Assembly (NCBI GenBank): GCA_905178155.1
Contig: CAJINV010000004.1
Span: 5,000,619-5,064,618 of the forward strand
Reading direction: 5' to 3'
Source: Amoebophrya sp. A120
Lineage: Eukaryota; Protista; Dinoflagellata
Length of the DNA stretch: 64,000 nucleotides
The notes beneath the pieces were generated by a model, which saw only the letters and a program-made list of their open reading frames with translations, searched no databases and was not told the DNA's origin. Every line of letters begins with the position of its first letter. Position 1 is the stretch's first letter. Below are positions 1 to 13,164 of the stretch, piece by piece. Both the position numbers and the translations under genes were made by a program.

Positions 1-75
1 CAGGTCTAGCTGGTATCTGTTTTATGCATGGCAAACTATTTCAACTTTGTCGATTTCAACTCTGACACATCCATA
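1..75. mobile_element. Partial introner (right end), family D
   Basis: Ends ...TTTGTCGATTTCAACTCTGACACATCCATA, nearly identical to the right end of element 62478-62786. Left end is outside the window. Confidence 0.75.
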
Positions 76-2451
76 GACAGGCGTTCTTCGGTATCTTCCC
101 CATCCAGCTCTTCGTCTATTTCTTCTGGAGGTTCCGAGCTCTGCTCGACGAAATTCTCTATGTCACTGCCGTCTTCTTCCGTGTGGTCGTCGGAGGACTT
201 AATGTTGTTTATTGTTGAGGATGAGGGCCTAATATCATTCTTCTTTGGTGGTGCGCCTGCGCGGTTCAGTATGATCGGGATCTCGGTGAAGGTTCCGATC
301 GTGGGGGTGGAGGCTGCGGGAATGTTGGAGATCTTTTCTCGAACAGAAGATATTTTCGACTTCGGATTCGGATCTTTGTCTACTTTCGAAGTTGCACCAT
401 TTGATGTTGTTCCCTTAGCTGCAGCTCCTGTTGCCGACGACGTGTCTTTTTCCTTATCCTTATTTGCAGCAGGTATGGTACTTCCTGCTCCATAGAAATC
501 GTTCCTCACGGTAACCGGCTTGGCGTCCTGCTTGCGACTACTGTATCGCTCGCCCCGGGCCGTGTTGATCTCCTTTTTCTTTCCATTCGGAGATAAAATC
601 GGGCCGCTACCACCGTTGCTTATTCCCCCGCTCTGCTGTAGAAGTTGTCCTTCCCTCTCCTCCATTTGTGCCATCCCCGGCTGCGCCTGCCGGTAGGGAC
701 TGGCGTAAAAGGAGCTTAGCCCGTGGGCGTTCACCGCGTTTTTCGACCGAAACGGAAACCCGTCCGACGACACCGCGCCCGGAAGGTTGACCGCTAAAGG
801 CGTTGCGTTTGCGGGTGCGGGGACGATTTTCTCGATGGATAAACTGGGCGTCGCGTTCAACTCGAGAAGCCAGGGCTTCATGTTTTGGTCTAACAGAATG
901 TCGATCCCGATGACGTGGTTAAACGTCACATCCGCGTTGCCGAACTTCAAATCTTCGCTTAAAGCCTGCACCGCCATCAATTCCGTGAGTAAACTGGGGG
1001 AAATTGCGAGCAAAATCTTTTTCGTGATCTGTTCCATCTGCTGCCAGAAGGTGGCAATGGAGAACTTCCCCGGGTACCGTTTTTCCAGCAACGTCAACGT
1101 CGAAGACAATAGTCTTTTCGACTTCCCCTCCCGAAATTGCAGCGATTTCTTGTTGATCGCGTAATTTGTCAAATGACTGGACTCGTTTTTCGCCCGGTCG
1201 TCCTGGTGATTTGCGCCTTTGTACTTCGTTGTACAGAACCGGGCCAAGCCCTCGCGATACAGCAACGCCTTCAAGTGCGGCATCACCTCGGTGACCACAA
1301 TGTAGAGCCGCAAGTCGAACTTCAGCCCGTCGAGTAACAACGGGTTCTCCACGTATTGCTGCGCGACGGATTTCCGGCCGTTCCCGCTGATGTGGAACTT
1401 CTCCATGTGGTTGTTCAGCTCGGCCAACCCCCGGCAGAGGAAAATCCCGTGTCCCTGCGTGCCAAATTCCGGCTTTACGATCAACGTGTTTTTCAGCCCG
1501 TGCTTGGGGTCGCGGCAGTCTCGGCGTAAGAGCGCTGCTTGGTCGGGGAGAATGTAGGTCTCGGGCACGTGGAGGTCTAAGTCTTCCTTGTCGAAAAACG
1601 GTTTGACCACCTGGAGTAACCTGTGAAACCTAACTTTCTCGCACACGTCCGCCATACCGGGAATTTTCGTGACCTTCACGAAGGGCTGGGCCTTGCCTTG
1701 CGCGGCGGATTTCGGTTTGGTGATGGTGTTCCCGCTCGCGGTTTGGGTTTTCGTCGTGCCTGTAAGGATGAGGATAAGCATGTGTAGATCTTCATTGTAG
1801 TCCTGGATTCTGATGCAGCTTATGCTTTTCTTTACCGAAGACGAATTTGACCTGCGTCCATATTTTTGCTGGAAGACGAGGGCGAGGCCAACTACGACGC
1901 ATGAGAGAAACAAAGTGTGTGAGCGAGAAAAATATTTTTACAACCGTAGAAAAAAAGCCCTCGCGAAACGGAAACCTTCAAGAACTCGAACGTACATGTA
2001 AATGTATTTTCTTCTTACCTTCCCCGTTCCGTATCACAGACCTTAGATTTCTCTTCGCCCCCGCGCGCAAGTGCAGCTGGCGCAGCAGCGCGTTTAACCC
2101 GGCTTCTTCCTCCCGCGCGCGGCCCATGTCGGACGCAACGACGATGTCGCATTCCTCCTTGTTTTCGCAAAACTCGTAACCAAATTCCTGCACGATGTAA
2201 TTGAAGAGTGGGCGGGCGGAGGGAGAGGCCAAGTAGACCTTCATCTTGGTCGAGGCGGCGGGTTTTTCGTCGGTCGGCATGATTAGGGTACTGTCGTAGC
2301 TTGTGACGTTGTCGGGGCAATTAATGTGGGGACGGGGCGTAACTACCAAGAACGGAAGGGGAACTGACTGACTGCCATCGTATTTAGAAGTTAGTTCAGT
2401 AGCCGGTAATAGTGCTGCTGCGAGCAAGCAGATGATGGCGGGTCTTACCAA
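76..2451 (-). CDS. Tubulin-tyrosine ligase (TTL/TTLL) family ATP-grasp protein; spliced, 3' part continues beyond window start
   Basis: TTL motifs PETYILP, LIVKPEFGTQGHGIFL, AQQYVENPLLLDGLKFDLRLY, EGLARF, HLTNYAINK, GIDILLD..PWLLELN..PS. A GT-AG intron at 1760-2018 (GAA G|GTAAGA...TTACAG|GC) joins ORF 1978-2451 to ORF 36-1913. The frame is interrupted at 75 by an introner end. The true start codon is uncertain (frame open to ~2553, no ATG). Confidence 0.85.
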
Positions 2452-5413
2452 AGTATGGTCGTACTCGTATGGGGAATTTTTTGGTGTGGATTGATAAGAG
2501 ATGGAGAGCGTAGAAGTTGCGGGCTTCTTCGTGGAAGGAGGTAGAAAATCTACTTAATCTTAGTTGATTACCGGGTTAGGATGGTATCGCTTCGGTTCTT
2601 TAATGTCAGTGTCTGAGTGGTCTATGGGCATGGTAACATGAAGAATTAGGACTGGGTACATTTTTGGAGAGGCAAAATCAGAGGCATTCCACCTTCAACT
2701 TCATCCACAAACACAGTACGACGAAAACGTAAATGCGCGATCGGGATCGCATAAGCAGGCAACAAAAACCTGGCGCACGAAGGAATGGAGAACGATTGAC
2801 AAATACGACCCTCTACGACTACGACGACGATGGGCTAGAAAACAATAGCATGCTTGAACGTATTTTAGCTTGGAATACCAATGGCACGAGGAATACCACG
2901 ACCAAGAGGACGAGGAAGAAATTCGAATCAACGAAGCACTTGTTGCAATTCTGGAGCAGGAGTAAATGGCGTATGCATCATTCACCGAGACATCGATCAC
3001 GGCAAAGCAGTCCCACGGCGAAAATGAAAATTTGCTTTGTAGTTCGACACATTCATCTTGTTTCAATGCTGACAGAACGAGAGCAAGAAGGTCACATTCT
3101 TCCATTCTTGCTTCACGCTCGACCAATTGGGCGTGGGCCATTCCTTGAACACGTGTTGACAACGACACAAATAAAAGTGGACTCCACGCCCACACGTCGA
3201 CCAGAACAGCAATAAACTTAAAGCAGGCGCGGGCAATGCTTGCTTGCTAAATTGCCGGACCGAAGAAAGAATGCAGAGAGCAAGAGAAAGCGCGAACGGC
3301 ACTCGTCCCTGTTGCGGATTTAACAACCGCCCCCCCGATCCTGGTGACCCACCATCATGCTCGGGGCGGATGAGAAACACACTGCGGCCGGGCGGGCGCT
3401 ATCTAAGCAAAGGGCCGCGCGCGACAAGCAGCACGCGACGATCCCCCCGGCCGCACGGCCGGAGCGGCGGGTCAGGGAAAGAATCGAGCACGCCGGGCGA
3501 AGGGCCGCTTCCTTCCTGCGCGCTGCCTGGCACAGGCCGCGCGCAATGGGCGAACAATGGCCGGCGGGGCCGGTCAGGGCGGGGGGGGGCGGCGGCGCTG
3601 CCGCGGCTCGCGCCAATGCATCGCGGGCCCTTCCCCTGAAGGGGGCCGGGCGTAAGAAATACAACCGCGGCGGCCCGGGGGGGCGCGGGCCGGCGCGGCC
3701 TCGCCTCGGCCCCCTAGCTAGGCGGCAGGCCATAGGCCACGCACCACACACGCCCCCGCCTTGCTTCTGCCTGCGCGGGCCACGGCGGCCGTCGCTCGGG
3801 GCTTGATCCTTTCGGCGTTTTTCGTGTCCTCCGGCTTCGGCCCTTTGCCAACCGCGGGCACACCGCCACAAACTCCGCCGGGCGCCTGACTAGCCAATGG
3901 GCCCCCTTGCGCCAATCGCCTCCGCGCGAGGGCGCCCTGCTCGGTTTTCTCAGTGCGGCAGAGACGCACGCGCGCGCGCGAACACGGAGGCGGGCCAACA
4001 TACAATCAACGGGGGGCGCCGCGGCTGTGGTTCTCCCGAACTCCGCCCCCCGACGCCCTTCGCCAAAACGCCGCGCACTTTCTTCACTAACGGTGCCTGC
4101 GCCGCCAAAAAATAGTCCCTCCAAGGGGGGCGCGCGCCTGATGGCCCGTAGCCGCCAGCGCGCCGGGTTTCCGTGGCGCGTTGCTCTACCTCTGCTTCGA
4201 CGCCTCCCAGTTGTCTCTGGCGATACGCAGCTCCGCACGCACAGGGATGCTTCCTTGAGAGGTCTCCAGGCGCTTGCCCGTCTTCCCACCCGTAGCTGCC
4301 TCCGAAGGATGTCCACTCGTTGGCGAAAATCCACCACGGCAGCGCCCCGCGTTAGTTTGTTACCCCGCCCGGGGAGGCGGATGGAACAGGGAGGCGGCTG
4401 GAACTGGATGCATGGGGCAGGCGGCTGGCCCGCAGAGCACCTGTTTAGGTAGTGCGCCGCCAGTTTTATAGCTATAAGACCCGAGCACCTCGGTCGCTTT
4501 CGACCGACGGAACCAGGCCCCGGCCAGCCGGGGCATTCGCCTTGCTGTTGAATTGCTCGACGTCAACCTCTCACCTCTTCTCCTTCTGAGAAAATGCAAT
4601 ATACTCATGACCCCTGTCACTGTCTGGTGCCAGTTCCGGAACACAGCGTGAGCCTATGTATTGGACCTCTTTTCACTTTCATCGTCACTGAGACCTGGCA
4701 GATCAACCATCGGCCTGACTTGTGATTTCTCGTCCAGGCTTACTAGTAGCTTCAATCTATTTATTTTGCACGAATGACATGAAGAAACGGGTCCGCGTCA
4801 TAGATATGTTTGTTTTTCACGCATATCCGTATTTATTATAGTTGAGTAAGGTCCAGATGGATAGCCGGAGCGACCTTACAAAAGTAAGCTGCGACGTCAC
4901 ACTTACTTGACTTGAGCTTGATGTACACCACGTATCAAGGCACATCGAAACTTCGATTGAGGCTCGGACTCTGTGAAGATTGCGTCCGATCCAAATAAAA
5001 GGGAGAACAAGAAGGAAACAGGTAAGAAGCAAATGCGTCCAAATCAAGTGTAGTAAAAAGATAAATAACAATAAGTACTATGTGACTGAGAAACTGATTT
5101 TATGTGTTTGTCGAAACGTCTACGTAGTGAGCAACTGTTTCCATTCTGCATGGGCATGTGCTGCAGCTTTACAAGAATAAGTTCCATTCGTGGCGTCGAC
5201 CAGGACCACTATACAGATCGATATGCCATATTAAAGCGACCCTTGACATTCCCGCCGGGCGCTCGTCTAAACTAGAGTCACGTTCGTCTATGTGCGAAAG
5301 CGAGTACGTATGAATAAAAATATATCAAAATGCTCTTCCCATTCATGCTTCACCACCAGTTCCCCCACACCTGCAACAACGAAAAAAATCAACTACGCTT
5401 CTCTTACTCTTCT

Positions 5414-8400
5414 TCAACCCTGTCGTTCCTCCGTCTGCGTCCTCCCACAGCACGGCTTGCACACCCAACTTTCGGCGCATTTTGCCTTCACCGTATCCAC
5501 GTGCATGCTAAAATCCCCCTCGCTTTTCGGTGGGCCGAACATGAGCAACATCGACATGAACCAACCGACGGTGAACACTAACGAAAGGAACACCGTTAAG
5601 GAGATCATGGTGGCCATCTTGGTAAAGAAGGTCAGCGTGCAGGCGAACATCAGAAGTCCTGCAGCCGCGGTGGTGGAGGCACCGGCGAGAATGGTGCCGC
5701 CCATGTGGCGCAGGGAATACCTGGATTTTTGTTTGTGAAATTTTATTTCAGTGTTGACACTGTAGCTGTAAGCATTAATCACGAACTTCAGCGCCGCAAC
5801 GAACATCACCACAAGGACGAGGAAGTAGTAGATGTACATGAAAAAAGATCTGCATCTTCATTGAACCACGACAGCTCTAAAAGTACTACCTTGACTTCGC
5901 TAGCCTGCCAATCAGCCCTTCCTCGGTGGCTTCGCCCCAGATGTGCCCCATGTGCAGGGTGTAGTCGATGGAGAAACCAATCACAATGATCCCGCTGATC
6001 ACTTCCACGGCCCCCAACGACCACCCCAAAGCGTATTTGAACGTCCCGTATGCATTGCAAAAGTCTCGTACTAGTGTAAATTGCATCACAAATTTTGTCA
6101 AGAAGAAAAATGGAATTTGTAATGCTTATTTACCTAAAAAGGGATATTTGTCATGCATGATAGCAATTACTACGAGTACAATACTTTTGCACAGGATATC
6201 CCCATCACCACGCCGACAATCTGCACAATCGTCAACATGGCAAGCGAGGAAATGATCCAGTTCTGCGTCGCGAGTAGCAACACGCAGTAGGAAATCGGGA
6301 AACAGAGCGACAAACCCCGCATCAAGGTCTATGAAAGTACACAACTCCCCCTCCCCCTCATTTGTCATGCCAAACGCCTCATTTACGCCCTGGCTCTTGG
6401 CACTGTTTGCATGACAAGTTCTAGCAGCCCAAATAGCACAACAATCTTGCGGCCGAAATTTGTCATGCAAAACCGGTAATCTTGCTGATGCTTGTGCTGC
6501 TGTTCATGCAATACACGTGAGGGGGAGGGGGAATTGTGCACTTTCATAACGTCTCCAACAAGGCCACTTCCACCGCGTACCAGGGCCAGGACAAAGGGGT
6601 GGTCTTGTATGAACTGCAAAAGCATCGTACTCGTACTGCAATCATGCATTACAAATCTTTTTCCTAAGGTAAATCCGCATTACAAATTTGATCTCTCATG
6701 TTGCTGAGGGAATAAAAATTTGTAATGCATTTATACGAGTACGATACTTTTGCAATGCATATCTGGATCGGCGGGCCCATCTGGGAGATGGTGGGCAGCG
6801 TGTCCGCAATGGCCTCGTATTTGTCGTACAAGTCGCCTCTGGTCTTGTGCGCCTGCAGCATTTTCAAAGTCGACCGGTGCGACATGGAAATGTACTTGAT
6901 TTGATCGTTGATCACCCCGATGTGCTTTTTCCAGTGCTCGGGGATGTTGTCAGAGTTTGTTGAAGGGGAATGCGTTCCCGGTTTCTGGGTTAACCGAAAT
7001 TCCTTCAGAGCTGTTGCGAAGTCGGTTTTTGATGCGAAAATCTGCTTGTAGTTAGATGTCGAAATTTGCGTTGCGTTCCCTGTAGTTGTTCCAGGAGTTG
7101 TGATGGTGTAGTTCCCACTGGCTTGTAAATACGCCAAAAATTCGTTCATCGGACACAGATGCGTGTCCAAAATCGTCAACGGCTTCTGTCCGTTGATCAG
7201 AGCAGTCGTAGGCGGTTCGCACCCGTGGTGGGCGCAGGTTTTCTGCTGCATGTCTGTGCACGCTTGGACCAGCTCCGGAAATCCTTCGTAGTAGTCGAAC
7301 TGGGCCCGGTACTGTGGTGTCCCCCGGTTTTTGAAGGGGATCCACTTGTTGTAGTCCTCCCGGTCGATGTACTCGGAATTTTCGTCGAAACCGTAGGTGA
7401 TCGACACCGGGACATATTCTGTTGTGGGTTTGGAGAGAAACAACTGCGACTCCCGAGTTGAAAAGTCGTTGTACATGTGTCCGTCCGGAAACCATTTCTC
7501 CTCTTCGACCGGCGGCTCCAGTTGCAGCGCCTCGGTGATGCCGTAAATCGCCCAGCACGAGAGGCCGAAAGCGATCAGGAGCGGGATGGGGAAAATTCGG
7601 CAGGTGGAAGAGGATAGCAGAGACATGTTTGGGCTCGCGGCGCCAACACCCGTTGTGGGAGTGGTGGTTGGGGTCGACGACGTGGCGTCGATTTTCCTTG
7701 TAGAGGAGACACGAATTTCTGTAGATTTTGTCGTCGCGGCACCATGATCACCTGCGGCAGTAGGGCAACTATTATCGCCTTGTGCTCCTGCTTCTATCCC
7801 CGCCAAATCTTTCGTGTTTGACCGCGACGCCTGTCTCGATACGTTTTTACTGGACGTTGTGTCGACTGACTCCCGCAACATCTGCTTGATCCCATTTCGC
7901 CGGAAGGAGACTGATTTCGACTCCGTGTCAATCCGGACCTCGAGCAGAACCAACATCACCCAGTACCACTCCCAGTAAGACTCAATCTCTGTGCCGTCAT
8001 AGGAGTTTTGCGTTTCCTGCTCATCGGATAGTTGTAGTACATTCGCAAGTTGATGTTCTCCCTCCAAAATTCTCCCTGGCTCAACGTCAACACTTGACGT
8101 CGCAGCTGTTGTAGTTGCGCCGACGTCGACGACCACTGGCGGCGCGCCGTACGCAGGCGTGGTGTCGCGGGAGTCGTTGAGGGCCGCGTCTTTGCTGTGC
8201 TTCAAATCCACCACTTGCGTCGCGTCGCCGACGATAGGCAAAGCAGGTGCGCCAGCTTGTCCTGCTTTTCCTGTAGTCCCGCTACTTTTTCCCCCATCAT
8301 GATGAACAACCTGCGCCACCTTGCAGCAAGCGAGTTTGAAACAAAAACATCCGTTTCTCGCGCAGCACTTGCAAAATTTCGAGTCGACGAAAGCCGTGTC

Positions 8401-11245
8401 GGCGAGGTAAAGCACCGCGGGGAGATTCACCATGGCGAAAATGTAGTTGCTAATGATCAACAGAGACGCGTAGATCCCGAACCCACTAATCGGCATAATG
8501 GGCGAATATGAGAGTGCACAACTCCCCCTCCCCCTCGTTTGTCATGCAAAATCCCAAATCCAGTTGCTGCCTTGTAGCACTGGTTGCATGACAACTTCTG
8601 GAAGCCCAGACAGTATTACAAAAGGCGCATAAATTTGTCATGCATAGGCTCCATGTGTGCTGGTGTCTGTATTGCTGCTCATGCCATACAAATGAGGGGG
8701 AGGGGGAGTTGTGCACTGTCATACCGAAACCGCGGTCGCGATGAATGCCGCCGTTGTGGTGAAGGACGTGTTGAACACGGCAACGTAAGCTCTGTTCAAC
8801 GCCTTCAACAGCGCGAGTTTGTATTCCCGCTTCGTCAACGGCTCACTCACGTCGAACTTCGCCTGTTGGATTTGCACCTTCGCCGCTTCGTAGCAATCGG
8901 ACAAGACGAACACATCGTCCGCGCCGATTCCGCAGGCGAGAAAGAGGCCGGTGATGTGGAGCTGGGTGAAGTAGAAGGCCTGGCCAACGACGCGGTACCA
9001 GAACAGCGCGAAGGGCAGGGTGAGGGAGATTTGCGCGACCGCGACGGAGGCGAGAAACGCGGATCTGGTGTGGAGCATATGCATTGCAAAAGTGTCTGGG
9101 TCTGGAAACTTGTAATGCTGCGTTGGGAATAGTGAATGCTCTGTAATGCACAGGCAAGCATGAGAAATGTCTGCGCTTCTTTGTGTTGCGTTTTTGGCAT
9201 GACAAACTGCGTTTTTGCATGACAGGCAACAGGGTCTCTTCTTGGACACGCATCACAAACTTTTTGGTCATGCCAGACAAGCATGACAAATGCAAATCTC
9301 GCACTCTCCCAGATGACCCAGACATTTTTGCATTTGATAGAACAGAATTAAAAGCCAAACGGCAAAAATCGCACCCATGATGAAGTTCTGATCCTCGACC
9401 ACCGCCCGCTGGAACTCGACTTGGCGTATCGCCAGCTATGAACTGCAAAAGTATGTATCGCACTCGCATAAATGCATTACAAATTTCCTCAGCATGACAA
9501 ATAAAATCTGTAATGCGATGAATTTACCTTAACAAAAGGATTTGTAATGCATGATTGCAATAAGAGTGCGATACTTTTGCACAGGATACCAGCCCGTGGT
9601 ACGCCATCTTGATCCCGAGCGCGTCGTCTTTGAAAGCTTCGGAATCGGACAAATGCGACCCCTCAAACGGAGCCGCGACCTTGAGGCCAAACCGGCTCGC
9701 GATCCGCTCGTTATTACAGTGAAATATGCCCCCACCCCCAAAGTTGAAAAAATTTGTGATGCGAAGTTTCCAAATGAAAACTTTTTGCCATGCATGAAAA
9801 GAGTATGAATCTTTCTGATGCAGAGGCTAGGCGTGTATTGCATCGCTTACATGACAGGCGCCACCCTTGCTGGGGTCTTTTGCAATGCAAATTTTTGCTA
9901 TTCACGATTGGAAACCTGTGATGCTGATAGATGCAAGCGGGCAAGCGTTTCATTTGGAAAGGTTTGCAATACAAATGCTCCCAAGTTCGGGGGTGGGGGC
10001 ATTTTTCATTGTAATACTCGTCGACCCGCATCCAGAGGTCCCGGAACGTGTCGACGAATTGTTCGATGAATTTGTCTATGAACTGCAAAAGCAACGCACT
10101 AGTATAAATTGCATTACAAATTTGCTCAGCATGAGAAATAAAATTTGTAATGCGGATTTACCTTAGGAAAAAGATTTGTAATGCTTGACTCCAATTACTA
10201 CGAGTACGATACTTTTGCACAGGATATTGTCTTCCTCCGCCGTGTACCCCGGTGCCGGAGCACCCAAATGGATCAGCGACCGGGTTTTGGTGGAAAAGGG
10301 GCGTGGATTCGTGCTGGTCTGACTGTTCAGAAACTCTTTGTCCACAAAATACTGGTACAACGCCTGCTCCTGCCCGGTGGTCAAAGAGCTGTTCGTCGCT
10401 TTCGTGTAGAGCTCCTGTTTCTTCGAGGAAAAGGTTACGGCATCGAGCAGCGGACAGCTGTAGTCATTCAAGTTTCCGTAGAAGAAGTTCGCCAAGCTCG
10501 CGGCATTTAACACGCAGTCTGTAAAGGGTAAAAACCCGGGGACGTGCGAGGTTCCGTTCGTGGACTGTTTCAGCAGTCTCGTTGCGGCGTTCCCCCGCCA
10601 ACAGGTCTTCGCGTAGTCTTCGTCTTTCGTGACGTAGGATTCCATTTGACAGACGAACTGCACAAACTGCGGAGTGAAAATCTCGGAATCCGACTGCTTG
10701 AAGAACAAAAACGTGATCGAATTCCGGTAGCTGACTTGTGTGTAGGCCGCGGTTTGGTCGGTCAAGCCGAGATTGTTGTTGTCCGATTCCCGGACAAGGA
10801 TTTGTGCCTCTTTCAAACAGTCCGTCTCCCGGGCGATTTGACTGTCGATCGGGTACCAGGCCACAATGCCCGCGTCCTCCGTGATCAGACTGATTCCCGT
10901 GATGGAAACGTGCGCGACCAAGACGAAAACGAAAAAGCATACGCAGCCGAAAAACCCGCAACACTGCTTCCAGGGCCGTTCCACCGCCCCATTGGCGATG
11001 CGGTACCGGAGCCGGCGGGAAAAATAGGGGTCGGACTCGCCGAGGGTGAGCATCTCCTCCGCGAGCCCGAGGGTGGCACCGATGTTTGCAGTCGTGATCA
11101 TTGGCGGAGAACCTGGTGGAGGTAGGCTGCTGGCGTTGTTCTGCATTGGCTTTTCTGTTTCCGCCGAATCCGCGGCCGCGGTGTTGAAAGTGGTGGTCAT
11201 CACTTCGGGGTCGTTGGGACTCACTACCGAATCAGAAGTGGGCAT
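5414..11245 (-). CDS. Dispatched/Patched-family RND transporter with sterol-sensing domain, 10 exons, ~1,337 aa
   Basis: TM4 motif GIGADDVFV, TM10 motif GFSIDYTLH and GGTILAGASTT. Removing 8 introners (each plus 5 bp) and GT-AG intron 5721-5889 leaves 4014 nt in one frame. Joins include EEDKFIE, VDERIAS, LILFHTRS, TAVSPIMP, ETLMRG, VMGTFK and KSRYSL. Confidence 0.9.
6049..6198. mobile_element. Introner family A (150 bp)
   Basis: TATGCATTGCAAAAG...CTTTTGCACAGGATA; flanks TCCCG/TCCCC; removal restores frame. Confidence 0.85.
6330..6548. mobile_element. Introner family C (219 bp)
   Basis: TIR TATGAAAGTACACAACTCCCCCTCCCC; flanks AGGTC/ACGTC. Confidence 0.85.
6608..6761. mobile_element. Introner family A (154 bp), opposite orientation to 6049
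   Basis: TATGAACTGCAAAAG...CTTTTGCAATGCATA; flanks TCTTG/TCTGG. Confidence 0.85.
8507..8723. mobile_element. Introner family C (217 bp)
   Basis: TIR TATGAGAGTGCACAACTCCCCCTCCCC; flanks GCGAA/CCGAA. Confidence 0.85.
9078..9339. mobile_element. Introner family B (262 bp)
   Basis: TIR TAT-N4-TGCAAAARTGTCTGGGTC; flanks GAGCA/GAACA. Confidence 0.85.
9437..9588. mobile_element. Introner family A (152 bp)
   Basis: TATGAACTGCAAAAG...TTTTGCACAGGATA; perfect direct repeat CCAGC. Confidence 0.9.
9712..10016. mobile_element. Introner (305 bp)
   Basis: TIR TATTACARTGAAAWATGCCCCCACCCCC; perfect direct repeat CTCGT. Confidence 0.9.
10077..10226. mobile_element. Introner family A (150 bp)
   Basis: Perfect direct repeat TTGTC; removal gives AEEDKFIE. 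Confidence 0.9.
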
Positions 11246-13164
11246 CTTGGTTCATGGTAGCTTTTTTGACATAATGGGTTGGAAGATGAAAAACAAAAAG
11301 TTTCTTTAGATTTTCAATATAGAATTTGTAGTATTTAATTGCTTTTGCAGCAAAGAAATGAAAAACGGATTTTTTTCAAGACCTAGAATTTGCATCTCCG
11401 CCTCCGCCATGCGTGCAACTAGCTTGAGCTTGTGTCACAACAAAATGATTAGTAAAAGCACTAATCTTCTACAAGGCGGAAGGACAAGAACCATACCTAT
11501 GAGAAAAAAAACAGCAGCACAGCAGGGTATGCCACCAATCAAAAAACAGCTTTTTTATCAGCCAATCACCGAAATATTGACTTTCATTTTCGCCATCTTA
11601 TTCTTGTATCTTTCCCGCTATTCGCTCAACTCGCATAGCCATATCCGAGGGTGGAAAATTAGCCTGTGGTGTGCATTTGTGGAACGCCGCGCACAAAAAA
11701 ATCATGAAGGTGGTAGCCAGGAGACCACTTCTTGTTTTTTCACTTTCTCATGGCAAAAAATAAAGGTCCACTCATGATCAGCCGCGGTCACTCTTCTCGC
11801 TTCTACCATGCCCTCGAAAAAAAAGTTCATACTCTTGCCCTCCTCCTGAGGACGCTGAGGATGACACTCTTGCTGCTGTGTCGATGAATAAATGAAGTTC
11901 AGCTCGACGTCCAGCTGCACATCGTCATAAAATGGCGCATCTCGAAAGAACTAAACTTGAACACCTCTCCTTGCCGGGTGTGGTGGGAACGCGAGTGCTG
12001 TGGCGCAGAAGTGTTTTTTTTTTTTTCAGCTCGAGGATATCAAGACAAAGAAAAGCTAAAGTGTGATGGGTTTCCCGCGTCGTTATCATGGTGGTGTACA
12101 GTTTTTTTAGCTCAGGACGGATACGGAAAACATTATTGGCATTTGAACTAAGTGACAGGAAAAGAAGAGGCACAAGGGAAGATGGTGACACAACCCCATC
12201 AGAGATTGATGCGCATCTTCACCCCTTGATCTTCATATCCATGCAAAGGTTAGTTTGATTAAGGTGTAAAATTCTTCTCATACGACGCTTTTCATCAACG
12301 TATTTTTTTCGTGGACATTTTGTTTGATAGATTCCGAATATTCATCCTATAGTTGTAAGTTTCGAAAAAAATGAAAGAAAAGAACCTGAAGAACTATTGT
12401 GCGGCAAAAAAATGTACATGTCACCTTTTTGAAAAATCGAAGCAGGGCTCCTGCCAAGAAACGCGGGGGGATTTGAGGGGGTAGAGTGGGTAGTTGTCCC
12501 TCAACATCTTCGTGTCTGTTATTTTCAAATCAAAAAAAATTGCGAGCACAGTTGACCTACTTTTGAAAGAAATTCAAATGAGAGTAAATCAATATCGCTA
12601 TCGCTTGGAATAATTGTACAAAAATCAAATTTTTGTTTACAAGTGAAGCCGGCGAAAATCAAGTTCAAGACAAAAGCAATATCGTACACGAAAAAGCAAC
12701 TGCGTAGTACAGAAAACCTATTTATGCTGTTCGTTGTAGCAGTAGCACAACTAGAGGCTGTAGAGGGTATTGTTATTGCAATGTAAAATAATCCAAAAGA
12801 GATTCCGAGCAATGTTTTGTTGTTACTTTTGTTACCTGCTTTAAACTAGAAAACGAAAGAAACGAAAACCTGTAGAAATAAACAGTAAAATTCACGACGG
12901 TGCGTCGACGTGTCGTCAAGAACATGGTAGTTAGAGTAGAAATAAGCTCTGTTAAGGTTACTTTTAAGCCGGATGATTTCTATTTCTTCGCAAATAACAT
13001 GAAGCTGCAACGACAAAGTTCATTGAGCTGGATCGTGCACAGCTCAATTGCATATTACTTACATGCTCAGAAGTTGAAGTTGACTGTACTTTCATAAGCC
13101 CGAAGCGCCAAACGATCTTGCATTTCCTAATGTTAATGATCTCTCCTCCTTGCGGACCTTCTAT

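Noticed and set aside
2700-3210. Possible degraded coding fragment on plus (..EYHDQEDEEEIRINEALVAILEQE*)
   Set aside because: Interrupted by stops and no recognisable family.
4465-4477. Palindrome TTATAGCTATAA resembling fused TATAG/CTATA ends of the giant element
   Set aside because: Only 12 bp with no flanking direct repeat; likely chance.
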